A stretch of 55,238 nucleotides of DNA from Bryobacterales bacterium (GTDB lineage: Bacteria > Acidobacteriota > Terriglobia > Bryobacterales > Bryobacteraceae). The DNA lies in assembly GCA_003169195.1 (NCBI GenBank), contig PMQB01000436.1:1-55238 (forward strand), read 5' to 3'. Positions 24,915 through 33,255 of the stretch are shown in pieces; the first letter of the stretch is position 1, and each line of letters starts with the position of its first letter. The notes beneath the pieces are model-generated. The model had not been told where the DNA came from, did not search any database, and saw nothing but the letters and a program-made list of their open reading frames with translations. The position numbers were made by a program, and so were the translations under genes.

Positions 24915-26600
24915 ATGCCCAACGTAACGCCGCCATCCAGTGGCCTCGGAAGCAATTCCAATTACTTCCTAAACAACAGCTGCAACAACCTCAAAGGGGT
25001 TTCAACCACTATCGCTGTTTCAACCGACATCGTGGCAAACGCCGGTTTTGGATTTCAGTTGAACGCCTATTCGCCGAAGAACGAGACCTGCGCCATTCAG
25101 CAATACGTCATCTCTGTCGACACCAGCGGCCAAATGACGTGCATCGTCAACAACTGGCAGAACGCGTCCAAGGCGCTCATCAACAATTGGGTATCGCTCT
25201 ACAAGCTCCCAAGCGCTACCCTGCCGGCAGGCTACCAATGCCGCATCAATTTGCAGAACGATAATTCCGGCAACATCACCGCCGCCAATTTCTCCGTCGT
25301 CTCGTTCGGGGTCGCGCCCGCACAAGGCAGTGCTCTCGACGCCTATTGGGGATCCGATAGCAGCCAACATGTGAACTTCATCGGTACCGATGGACACATT
25401 CACGAACTCTACATTCACCCTGGCGCCGGCTGGGTTGACAACAATCTAACGAACTTCGCCCGGGCAGTTCCGCCCGCGGCCGGCACCGCGCTACACGCCT
25501 ATTGGGGTTCCGATAGCAGTCAACACGTCAACTACGTGGGCACAGACGGCCACATACACGAGATATACATTCACCCCGGCGCCAGCTGGGTCGACAACGA
25601 TTTGACAAAATTAACAAATGGTGTCCAGCCCGACGGAGGCACCGCCCTCACTGGCTACTGGGGTTCCGATAACAGTCAACACATCAATTACATTGGCACC
25701 GACGGCCACGTCCACGAACTCTACATTCACCCCGGCGCCAACTGGGTCGACAATAATCTCACTAACTTTGCACGAGCCGTGCTGCCCGTGGCGGGCACCG
25801 CAATCGATGGCTATTGGGGAAGCGACAGCAGCCAGCACGTCAACTACATCGGGACCGATGGCCACGTACACGAACTCTACATCCATCCAGGCGCAAACTG
25901 GGTCGATAACAACTTAACCAACATGGCCCGCGCCGTCTCACCCGCCGCTGGCTCCCACCTCGATGCCTATTGGGGCACAGATAGCAGCCAGCATATCAAC
26001 TACCTCGGCACCGATGGCGAAGTTCACGAACTATACATTCACCCCGGCGCGAATTGGGTCGACAACAATCTCTCCAACTTTGCTCCAGGCGTCCGCCCGG
26101 CACCCGGCACCAAACTCGATGGTTACTGGGGCAGCGATAGCAGCCAACACGTCAACTTCATAGGAACGGATGGCCATATCCACGAACTGTACATTCATCC
26201 CGGCGCCAGTTGGATCAATAACGATCTAACAGAGCTTGTCCTCGCAAACGTCACACAAACCCTCACGTCCATCTCTGGCGTTTCCACGTCTGACCTCGCC
26301 CCCATCGTCGCTTTCGAACTCGACTTCGTCGGCTACGATAACGGGCAAAGCACCACGCTGTCCTCCGGAGCAGGCACCATCACCTATGTGGCCTCCGCCC
26401 CGATGACTGTCGTGAACGCCGAGCCATCCTGTTGCGAGTTCGACGGCGGCACTCTCGAAACGGCCAACACTTCCTATGGCCAGCTACCTACCGGCTCCAG
26501 CACAAGCTTCGTCCAGACATTCTCCAAAGCCGCCACGATCATCAAAGCACCGAAACGAAATGGCTTGCGAAAAGCGCGCGCCTTAGCCGCCGTGCGCTAA
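24915..26600 (+). CDS. Six-blade beta-propeller lectin-like repeat protein with unknown N- and C-terminal segments
   Basis: AAGGAG RBS and no signal peptide. It has six tandem 52-aa units of consensus GTALdaYWGSDSSQHVNYIGTDGHIHELYIHPGAnWVDNNLTNfaraV.PaA. Confidence 0.85.
   Translation: MPNVTPPSSGLGSNSNYFLNNSCNNLKGVSTTIAVSTDIVANAGFGFQLNAYSPKNETCAIQQYVISVDTSGQMTCIVNNWQNASKALINNWVSLYKLPSATLPAGYQCRINLQNDNSGNITAANFSVVSFGVAPAQGSALDAYWGSDSSQHVNFIGTDGHIHELYIHPGAGWVDNNLTNFARAVPPAAGTALHAYWGSDSSQHVNYVGTDGHIHEIYIHPGASWVDNDLTKLTNGVQPDGGTALTGYWGSDNSQHINYIGTDGHVHELYIHPGANWVDNNLTNFARAVLPVAGTAIDGYWGSDSSQHVNYIGTDGHVHELYIHPGANWVDNNLTNMARAVSPAAGSHLDAYWGTDSSQHINYLGTDGEVHELYIHPGANWVDNNLSNFAPGVRPAPGTKLDGYWGSDSSQHVNFIGTDGHIHELYIHPGASWINNDLTELVLANVTQTLTSISGVSTSDLAPIVAFELDFVGYDNGQSTTLSSGAGTITYVASAPMTVVNAEPSCCEFDGGTLETANTSYGQLPTGSSTSFVQTFSKAATIIKAPKRNGLRKARALAAVR
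25326..26240 (+). repeat. In-frame 156-nt tandem coding repeat, 6 units (the last is 135 nt)
   Basis: Unit starts at 25326, 25482, 25638, 25794, 25950 and 26106. The units differ mostly at synonymous sites. Confidence 0.9.
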
Positions 26601-26733
26601 CTCGTTTTGGCATCGTGCCTCCGCGAAGGGCGGACGTAAGTGCGCGCGGGTCTTCACGAGCTTTCGCGCCCACCAGCCGCCCTTCAAGTCGACCGTGCTG
26701 TATTCTCGTGAAGAGAAACCGCCGTGACTCAGC

Positions 26734-28761
26734 ATGACTATTCCTAACCGCGCTCGGAGGCTCCGCATGAGACCAAGACTCATCGCAATCGCCGCACTCC
26801 TCCTCCCATTCCTCGCAACCGCAGCCGACGCGCGTCTCGTCAAGTTCCACATCGAACGTCGTGAAAACATTCTCAACGGCAAATCGTTCGGCCTCGCCGG
26901 CGTCTACGAAAAGTTAATCGGCAAAGCCGAGTTCGCCCTCGATCCTTCCCTACCCATCAACAAAAACATCGTCGATCTCAACCTCGCGCCGCGCAACGCA
27001 CAAGGCGAAGTCGAATTCACTGCCGATTTTTACATGCTCAAACCGCTAGACTCCACGCGTGGCAATGGCCGCCTCTTCTATGAAGTGGGCAATCGCGGCG
27101 GCAAGAGCATGCTGCGCACTTTTCAGAAAGCCAAGAACAGCGCCGACCCAGAAGCCGAAGCCGATTTTGGCGACGGCGCGCTGATGAACCAAGGCTACAC
27201 ACTGCTATGGATGGGCTGGCAGTGGGACGTGCCCGACGGTCAGATGCGCATGGACATGCCTATCGTCTCCAATCACGGCAAACCAATCACCGGCCTGGTG
27301 CGCGGAAATTTCATTCCGAACAACAACGCCCCCACGCAGCCGCTGGCCGATCGCAATCACCGCGCCTACCCGATTGATGATCCCGCCAGTGCCGAGAACG
27401 TCATGACCGTCCGCAACCGTCCCACCGACACACCGCAAATCATTCCGCATTCCAAGTGGCACTTCGTCGGCGATGCCAGCGTCGCGGTAGACGGCGGCTT
27501 CGAACTCGGCCGCATCTACGATGTCGTCTATCGTGCCCGCGATCCACGCGTCGTCGGCACCGGCTTGGCAGGAACCCGCGACCTCATCAGCTTTCTCAAG
27601 TACGATCAGTCCGACGCCAATCCCACACGCGGCCTTCGCATCGCCTACGGCTGGGGCGTCTCGCAAAGCGGCCGTCTGCTCCGCCACTTCCTCTACGAAG
27701 GTTTCAACGAAGATGAGCACGGCCGCAAGGTCTTTGATGGCGTCATCGACGAAGTGGGGGGCGCCGGCCGCGGTTCGTTCAACCACCGCTTCGCCCAGGC
27801 TTCTCGCGATGCCGAACAATTCTTCAACGTCTTCTACCCCGCCGACATGTTTCCCTTCACCGACGGACCCGAGACCGATCCCGAAACCGGCCAAACCGAT
27901 TCACTGCTCGCGCAGGCCCAAGCGCGCCACGTTGCGCCCAAGGTCATTCATATCTTCAGCAATTCCGAATATTTCAATCGCGCCGGCTCGTTGATCCATA
28001 CTGATCCCACCGGCACGCGCGACATCGAACCACCCGCCGATTCCCGCATTTATTTCGTCTCATCCGGACCGCATGGAGCCGGCCCGTTTCCGCCCGTACA
28101 ACCCGTCGGCGCAGCTGCATTGAACAATCCAATTGATCGCCGACCCATTGTGAGAGCGCTGCTGAAAGATCTCGATGCGTGGGTGGTGGATGGAACCCCG
28201 GCACCGCCCAGCCGCATTCCCCACATCGCCGATGGGACACTCATGCCCACCGAAAAAGCCGGTTGGCCGGTCATCCCTGGAGTGCACTTCCCAGTGCCTT
28301 ATCTGAAAACTTATCGCCTCGATTTCGGCCCGCAGTGGAACAAAGGGATCGGCAGCAACGAGCCTCCGAAGATTGGGAAACCCTTCGTGGGCCTCGTGCC
28401 CGCAGTCGATGAAAATGGGAACAGCCGCACCGGAATCCGCATGCCCGCCATCGAGCTGCCCGTCGGCACTTACGGCGGCTGGAACTTTCGCAGTCCTTCC
28501 ATCGGTTCCGCCGATCAGCTTTTTGGCGAGATCGGCTCCTTTCACCCCTTTGCCCGAACGAAGAGCGAGCGCATCGCAACGGGCGACTCGCGCCTTTCGA
28601 TCAGTGAACGCTACGCCGGCCGCGAAGAGTATTTATCAAAGGTGGCGGTGGTGGCGAAACGGATGATCGAGGATAGGTTCCTGCTTCCTGAAGACTTGTC
28701 GGATGTCGTCGATCAGGCAGCGGCACTGTACGACTGGGCTAGCCAACTGAATCGCAAGTGA
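26734..28761 (+). CDS. Secreted hypothetical protein (675 aa), possibly alpha/beta-hydrolase-fold
   Basis: Signal peptide MRPRLIAIAALLLPFLATAADA (alternative start 26767). The ORF is long and unbroken. The family assignment is a weak recollection only. Confidence 0.75.
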   Translation: MTIPNRARRLRMRPRLIAIAALLLPFLATAADARLVKFHIERRENILNGKSFGLAGVYEKLIGKAEFALDPSLPINKNIVDLNLAPRNAQGEVEFTADFYMLKPLDSTRGNGRLFYEVGNRGGKSMLRTFQKAKNSADPEAEADFGDGALMNQGYTLLWMGWQWDVPDGQMRMDMPIVSNHGKPITGLVRGNFIPNNNAPTQPLADRNHRAYPIDDPASAENVMTVRNRPTDTPQIIPHSKWHFVGDASVAVDGGFELGRIYDVVYRARDPRVVGTGLAGTRDLISFLKYDQSDANPTRGLRIAYGWGVSQSGRLLRHFLYEGFNEDEHGRKVFDGVIDEVGGAGRGSFNHRFAQASRDAEQFFNVFYPADMFPFTDGPETDPETGQTDSLLAQAQARHVAPKVIHIFSNSEYFNRAGSLIHTDPTGTRDIEPPADSRIYFVSSGPHGAGPFPPVQPVGAAALNNPIDRRPIVRALLKDLDAWVVDGTPAPPSRIPHIADGTLMPTEKAGWPVIPGVHFPVPYLKTYRLDFGPQWNKGIGSNEPPKIGKPFVGLVPAVDENGNSRTGIRMPAIELPVGTYGGWNFRSPSIGSADQLFGEIGSFHPFARTKSERIATGDSRLSISERYAGREEYLSKVAVVAKRMIEDRFLLPEDLSDVVDQAAALYDWASQLNRK

Positions 28762-28848
28762 CAGAACAGCGGAACAACGGATTCCCGAACTTCTCGTTAA
28801 GAATCTCGGCTTTCTCTAGCAATAGAAAGCGCGTGTTATGATTCGCCC

Positions 28849-31800
28849 ATGCGTTCCGGAGGCCCCTCGTTCGTTCTTCCTATTCTCTGCGTGTTCTTTG
28901 CCATCACCCTCGTCGGCTGCGGCGGCGGATCAGCGCAATCATCAGCCAATCCCATCCCACAAACCGGTGATTTCTCGCTTTCCGTCACGCCGAACAGCGT
29001 CACCGTTTTTCCAGCCGCGCCGGTTACACTCACTATCTCAGTCACGGCTACCGGCTCATTTAATTCCACTGTCACCGTCAGCATTTCCGCTCTGCCATCC
29101 GCCATTACCGCGGCGCCCGTATCCATCTCTGTCACACCAGGAACTCCGCAAAGCATCACCCTCACAGCCGCGTCAAGTGCCACCGCCACAACTGCCACGG
29201 TAAATTTCAACGCAACCTCTGGGTCGCTCAGTCACTCCGCATCTGTAGCTCTAAGCCTACAAATTCCCCCGCAAACACTCACAACTCGCATCCGCTATTT
29301 CAATACAGGAACCGGGATTTCGAACACGGAATACATAGCGCCCGTCGCGCTCTACAACGGTCCGTCCGGGCATTTCTTCTTCGTCGACGGATCACAAAAT
29401 CAGGTATTCGCGTTTGACGGCAAGACCGAAAAACAACTCAGCTCCGTTTATATTCCGAACGCTTTGTCCTTAGATCAGGCACCCGATGGCAGCGCTGTCT
29501 ACGTCGCCACCAGCGTGGGTGACATCTACACTTTCGATCCCGCCACTCTGGCCATTACCGAGTTGATCAAGTCTTCGCAAATTGGCCCATCTGGCTATCC
29601 AACGTTCGCAATATTCCCTCTAGCCAGCGGCAACTTTGTGTTGATGGGCGATCCGTCTTCTCTAGGCGCCACTCAAACCTATAACTCCATTGCTGTTTGG
29701 AACAAAACTAGCAATACCTTAACGAAATATATTACTGCCGGCGGCGCGCAAACGTCCCTGACTGGCCAAAGCTTCTGCGGATCGCTAGTAGGCGTTGGAA
29801 ACATAGCAGTCAACACTACACGAACCAAAGTTTTCCTTGGCGGTTATTTCTCCGACCCTACCATTTGTCAATTCGATCCCGCGACTGGCCAGTCCGCAAC
29901 CGCCAATGCGCCAAACCTTCCTTACAATGGCGGAGGAACTCAAGCGCTGCCCACACCCGACGGGAACTTCCTCACTTTTGGCGATGGCAACCTCTACATC
30001 TGGAACGGTGCCGGTATGACCATTTCCAAGCAGTTCACTTTTCCGGCCTATCTATCCGCAGGATCGGGCGTCCTAAGTCCCGACGGCAACACACTTTATT
30101 ACTCTCCTTACAGTGCTGGATTGGTCCTGGCTTACGACTGGCGTACCTTCACACAGAAAGGCTGGGCTAGCGAGCCGATAGCAAATCTCAACGGTGGGTT
30201 GGTGCCGCTGGTCATCGATAACACCGGCCTCATCGGAGGTACCGTCGGCAGCATTATTAACGGCGGCTTTGGGTTCGCCGACGTCGCTAATCTTCAAACA
30301 AGCGGCTCCGTCTACGGCACTTGGATGGAGGGCCCATACGACGCCGATGTGAATGTAGGCCCTACCAGCGGCGGAACGCCAGTGCGATTCGCTTACGTGC
30401 CGAACAGTCAAAGTGCTACCGCTTTCTATTTCGATGATCAGGCCGTCGCTAATTTCACTGTTGCCAGTGACACCTCAACCACCGCCGTTTCTCCCCCTCA
30501 CGCTACGGGCACTGTCGATTTAGCCCTTACCACATCTGGGGGTGCCGTCCTCGTGGGCTTTAACGCCTTTAGCTACGGGCCGTCCGTGACTCAAGTAATC
30601 GGCTTCCTGTCCATCGCCGAAGGCGGAGGCACCGCGACCGTTCTTGGCTATGGCTTCTCACTGCAAACTGTGAGCGACGCGCCGCAAGTGCAGGTTGGAA
30701 CCCAAACTGTGCCGATCACTTCTTACTCCGCCAACGTGAACGGTGAGAATAGCATCCCCTATCAAACTTTTCAGTTCACGATCCCGCCTGGCCAACCGGG
30801 AACAACCCTGCCCATCACCATTTCCAACCAGTACGGTTCCACCAAAGCGCCCACGTCAATCAAATATCTTCCGGCCATTCAAACTTTCCCCTTGCCCGGA
30901 TCGAATCTTGCCCAAGGCGTTTATGACGCCAAGCGCCAGCTCTACTACTTCACCGACCTAACCAAAATACAGGTTTTCTCACGGAACAGCATGAGCTGGC
31001 AGTCGCCCATCTCCTTACCAAATCCAACTAAAGGCACGCAAGACTTGGTTGGCATCACGCTCTCTCCGGACGGTACTAAAATGGCGATTTCAGACGACGG
31101 CACTGCGTCAATATACGTCCTAGATACGGCCACTCTGTCAGTCCTCAATACGTTCTCCGTCGCTTCCGGCGACTCCTATCCTTGCGGAATTGCAATCTCC
31201 GACTCCGGCATCGTTTACTTCGCCTCTTACGAGACAACAACCGGCGGTGCGTCCACGTTTCACCGATTGGACACCACCACCGGAATCGTTACCTCCTATG
31301 CGGCCGAGCCAGCCTTCAACCAGACTGACCAGTTCGACTCGCACGTTCTGATCACTCACGATAACGCCAGCGTCTTCTTCATCGCCGGGGACACCAACTT
31401 CCTCTACAAGGTAGACACCGCAACCAACGACGGCGGCTATGTTCCGGATCTTGCCGTCGGTTTAAATAACCTAGTGGGGCCTACCAGCTTGGCCCTTTCT
31501 CCAGACGGCACAACCTTACAGGCGGCCGGCGCGCTTACTGACAGCAGTGGCAATCCACTCGCCTCCATCGGTCAAACGTATTCCTTTAGCTTGGCGCGCA
31601 GACCTCCAGCCGAGGGAATCAGGTTTAGCGCAGACGGGAAACTCTTGTTCCAGGCTGACGAGCAAGCTATTACCGTTATTGATACGGCCACCGCCTTGCC
31701 GATTCAATTAATAGGCCTGCCCACAACCCCAGCGAATTCTTTTGATCCGCTTGTCTCCGACAACACCGATAACACCCTAGTGGCAATTCTATTGCCTGGC

Positions 31801-32121
31801 AGTGGCATTGCCCTTATTGACCTATCGCAGGTGCCCGAGCCCGCTGATCGCTCCGGCCGACCCATCGGTCTCCGCACATCCACTATCGCAATCAGGCCGC
31901 CGACACTGCTCGCAACACTGCAGGCAGTAAACATGCCCAAATCTAGGCCCCTCCGCCGATCCTCGCTCGCGAGCCGCCGCGGCGGATTTGACCTCTCGCA
32001 GCAAAACAAAACTATCTTGCAGAACCCAGAAACGAGGCGAACAAACGCCGAATTCGGGGACGTGCTACCCGTTACACCGAATGCAAAAATCGCCCCCCGA
32101 AAATCTCAGTCACAGCACTAG
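28849..32121 (+). CDS. Large surface lipoprotein with Ig-like, IPT/TIG-like and beta-propeller repeats
   Basis: Lipobox FFAITLVGCGGGS. An Ig-like segment (FSLSVTPNSVTV...VTVSISALPSAITA) is followed by propeller-type repeats (DGSAVYVAT..., DGNTLYYS...) and two IPT-like segments (GPTSGGTPVRF..., GGGTATVLGYGF...). Confidence 0.85.
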   Translation: MRSGGPSFVLPILCVFFAITLVGCGGGSAQSSANPIPQTGDFSLSVTPNSVTVFPAAPVTLTISVTATGSFNSTVTVSISALPSAITAAPVSISVTPGTPQSITLTAASSATATTATVNFNATSGSLSHSASVALSLQIPPQTLTTRIRYFNTGTGISNTEYIAPVALYNGPSGHFFFVDGSQNQVFAFDGKTEKQLSSVYIPNALSLDQAPDGSAVYVATSVGDIYTFDPATLAITELIKSSQIGPSGYPTFAIFPLASGNFVLMGDPSSLGATQTYNSIAVWNKTSNTLTKYITAGGAQTSLTGQSFCGSLVGVGNIAVNTTRTKVFLGGYFSDPTICQFDPATGQSATANAPNLPYNGGGTQALPTPDGNFLTFGDGNLYIWNGAGMTISKQFTFPAYLSAGSGVLSPDGNTLYYSPYSAGLVLAYDWRTFTQKGWASEPIANLNGGLVPLVIDNTGLIGGTVGSIINGGFGFADVANLQTSGSVYGTWMEGPYDADVNVGPTSGGTPVRFAYVPNSQSATAFYFDDQAVANFTVASDTSTTAVSPPHATGTVDLALTTSGGAVLVGFNAFSYGPSVTQVIGFLSIAEGGGTATVLGYGFSLQTVSDAPQVQVGTQTVPITSYSANVNGENSIPYQTFQFTIPPGQPGTTLPITISNQYGSTKAPTSIKYLPAIQTFPLPGSNLAQGVYDAKRQLYYFTDLTKIQVFSRNSMSWQSPISLPNPTKGTQDLVGITLSPDGTKMAISDDGTASIYVLDTATLSVLNTFSVASGDSYPCGIAISDSGIVYFASYETTTGGASTFHRLDTTTGIVTSYAAEPAFNQTDQFDSHVLITHDNASVFFIAGDTNFLYKVDTATNDGGYVPDLAVGLNNLVGPTSLALSPDGTTLQAAGALTDSSGNPLASIGQTYSFSLARRPPAEGIRFSADGKLLFQADEQAITVIDTATALPIQLIGLPTTPANSFDPLVSDNTDNTLVAILLPGSGIALIDLSQVPEPADRSGRPIGLRTSTIAIRPPTLLATLQAVNMPKSRPLRRSSLASRRGGFDLSQQNKTILQNPETRRTNAEFGDVLPVTPNAKIAPRKSQSQH

Positions 32122-32307
32122 CAAAATATTTTCAACTTTTTTATCTCCCACCCTGTCAATCACTTACCGCCCAAAAATCATCGCGTATCTATTTACGATG
32201 GTTCGTTTTAGGGGGGGGCCCGTGCTACTTTTTACCCAGAACAAAGCTCGTCCGAGAGTCCTCCTCTCGCGGCGGGCTTTTTCATTTTCAAAGGAGTTTT
32301 CAACACT

Positions 32308-33033
32308 ATGTCCAACCGTGCCCAACGCCGCGCCGCCGAGCGCGCTTCCCGTCCTCAATCTTCCCCAGCCGCCGCCGCGCCGAACACATCTAACATCTCT
32401 GAAGCTCAGCTCAACGCCAACCGTGCCAACGCCCAAATGAGCTCGGGGCCCACTACCCCCGCTGGCAAAGCCATCTCCCGTTTCAACGCCGTCAAAACCG
32501 GACTCACGGGCCGCACCATTCTCCTCACCGCGGAAGATGCCCCCCTCTATGAACAACACCGCGACCGCCTCTTCGACCAATACGCCCCCGCCACCAATCA
32601 AGAAAAACAACTCGTCCAATCCATTCTCGATGCCGAATGGCGTATCCTTCGCATCGCCCCACTCGAAGCCGCCATCTACATACTCGGGCAAAGCGAACTC
32701 GTCGGCCTCTATCCCAACGAACGCAATCCCGAAACGCGCAACGCACTCATCCAACTCGAGATCTTCCGCACCTATCGCAAAGAACTCAATAACCTCGCCC
32801 TTCAGGAACGCCGCCTCCGCAACATGCGTACAGCCGACATGGCCGAACTCCAAGCCCTCCAACAAACCCGCTTTGAAAAGGAAGCGAAGGAACAGGAAAA
32901 AGAAGCCGCCAAGAAAAAAGCCACCGCCGCTGCCGCCACCCCCGAAACCCCTTCCCCCGAAAATGGGTTCGTTTTTTCAGCTGACATTTCCTCCGACCCC
33001 GAACCCGAAATCGCAGCTGCCACCATCGCCTAA
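32308..33033 (+). CDS. Hypothetical protein (241 aa) with a basic N-terminus and a Lys/Glu-rich tail
   Basis: AAGGAG RBS. MSNRAQRRAAERA...SEAQLNANRANAQMSSGPTTPAGKAISRFNAVKTGLTGRTILL... I have seen this N-terminal motif in many uncharacterised proteins but know no function for it. Confidence 0.7.
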   Translation: MSNRAQRRAAERASRPQSSPAAAAPNTSNISEAQLNANRANAQMSSGPTTPAGKAISRFNAVKTGLTGRTILLTAEDAPLYEQHRDRLFDQYAPATNQEKQLVQSILDAEWRILRIAPLEAAIYILGQSELVGLYPNERNPETRNALIQLEIFRTYRKELNNLALQERRLRNMRTADMAELQALQQTRFEKEAKEQEKEAAKKKATAAAATPETPSPENGFVFSADISSDPEPEIAAATIA

Positions 33034-33255
33034 ACCTCGAATCCAAGTGCTAATCTCTCCTCGCCGCAAGGTGTTCGAAGCGTTGGCCCCCAGTTATTTG
33101 ACAACCTAAAATCGCAGGCCGCTTGTCAAGCCGGAGGTGTCTCCCGAGTCACCCGCTCGACTCAACGCCTATCCCCCGGTGCGGCACCTCCTGTCTCCCG
33201 TTCGTTCCTATATAATCCCCAAGTGGTCTTTTCATCCCAAGTCAGGAGAGTCTCT

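Noticed and set aside
25326-26240. The 156-nt tandem repeat array as a possible CRISPR or non-coding satellite
   Set aside because: The period is a multiple of 3 and is in frame within a 561-aa ORF. There are no unique spacers between units, and the divergence is mainly synonymous. It is a coding repeat.
31830-32121. VPEPADRSGRP... near the C-terminus of the 1090-aa lipoprotein as a frameshifted PEP-CTERM signal (it shares EPADxR with the 5813..6538 tail)
   Set aside because: No hydrophobic helix follows the motif in frame. I translated the other two frames across this stretch and they hit stops or give no TM segment. The similarity is only 5-6 residues.
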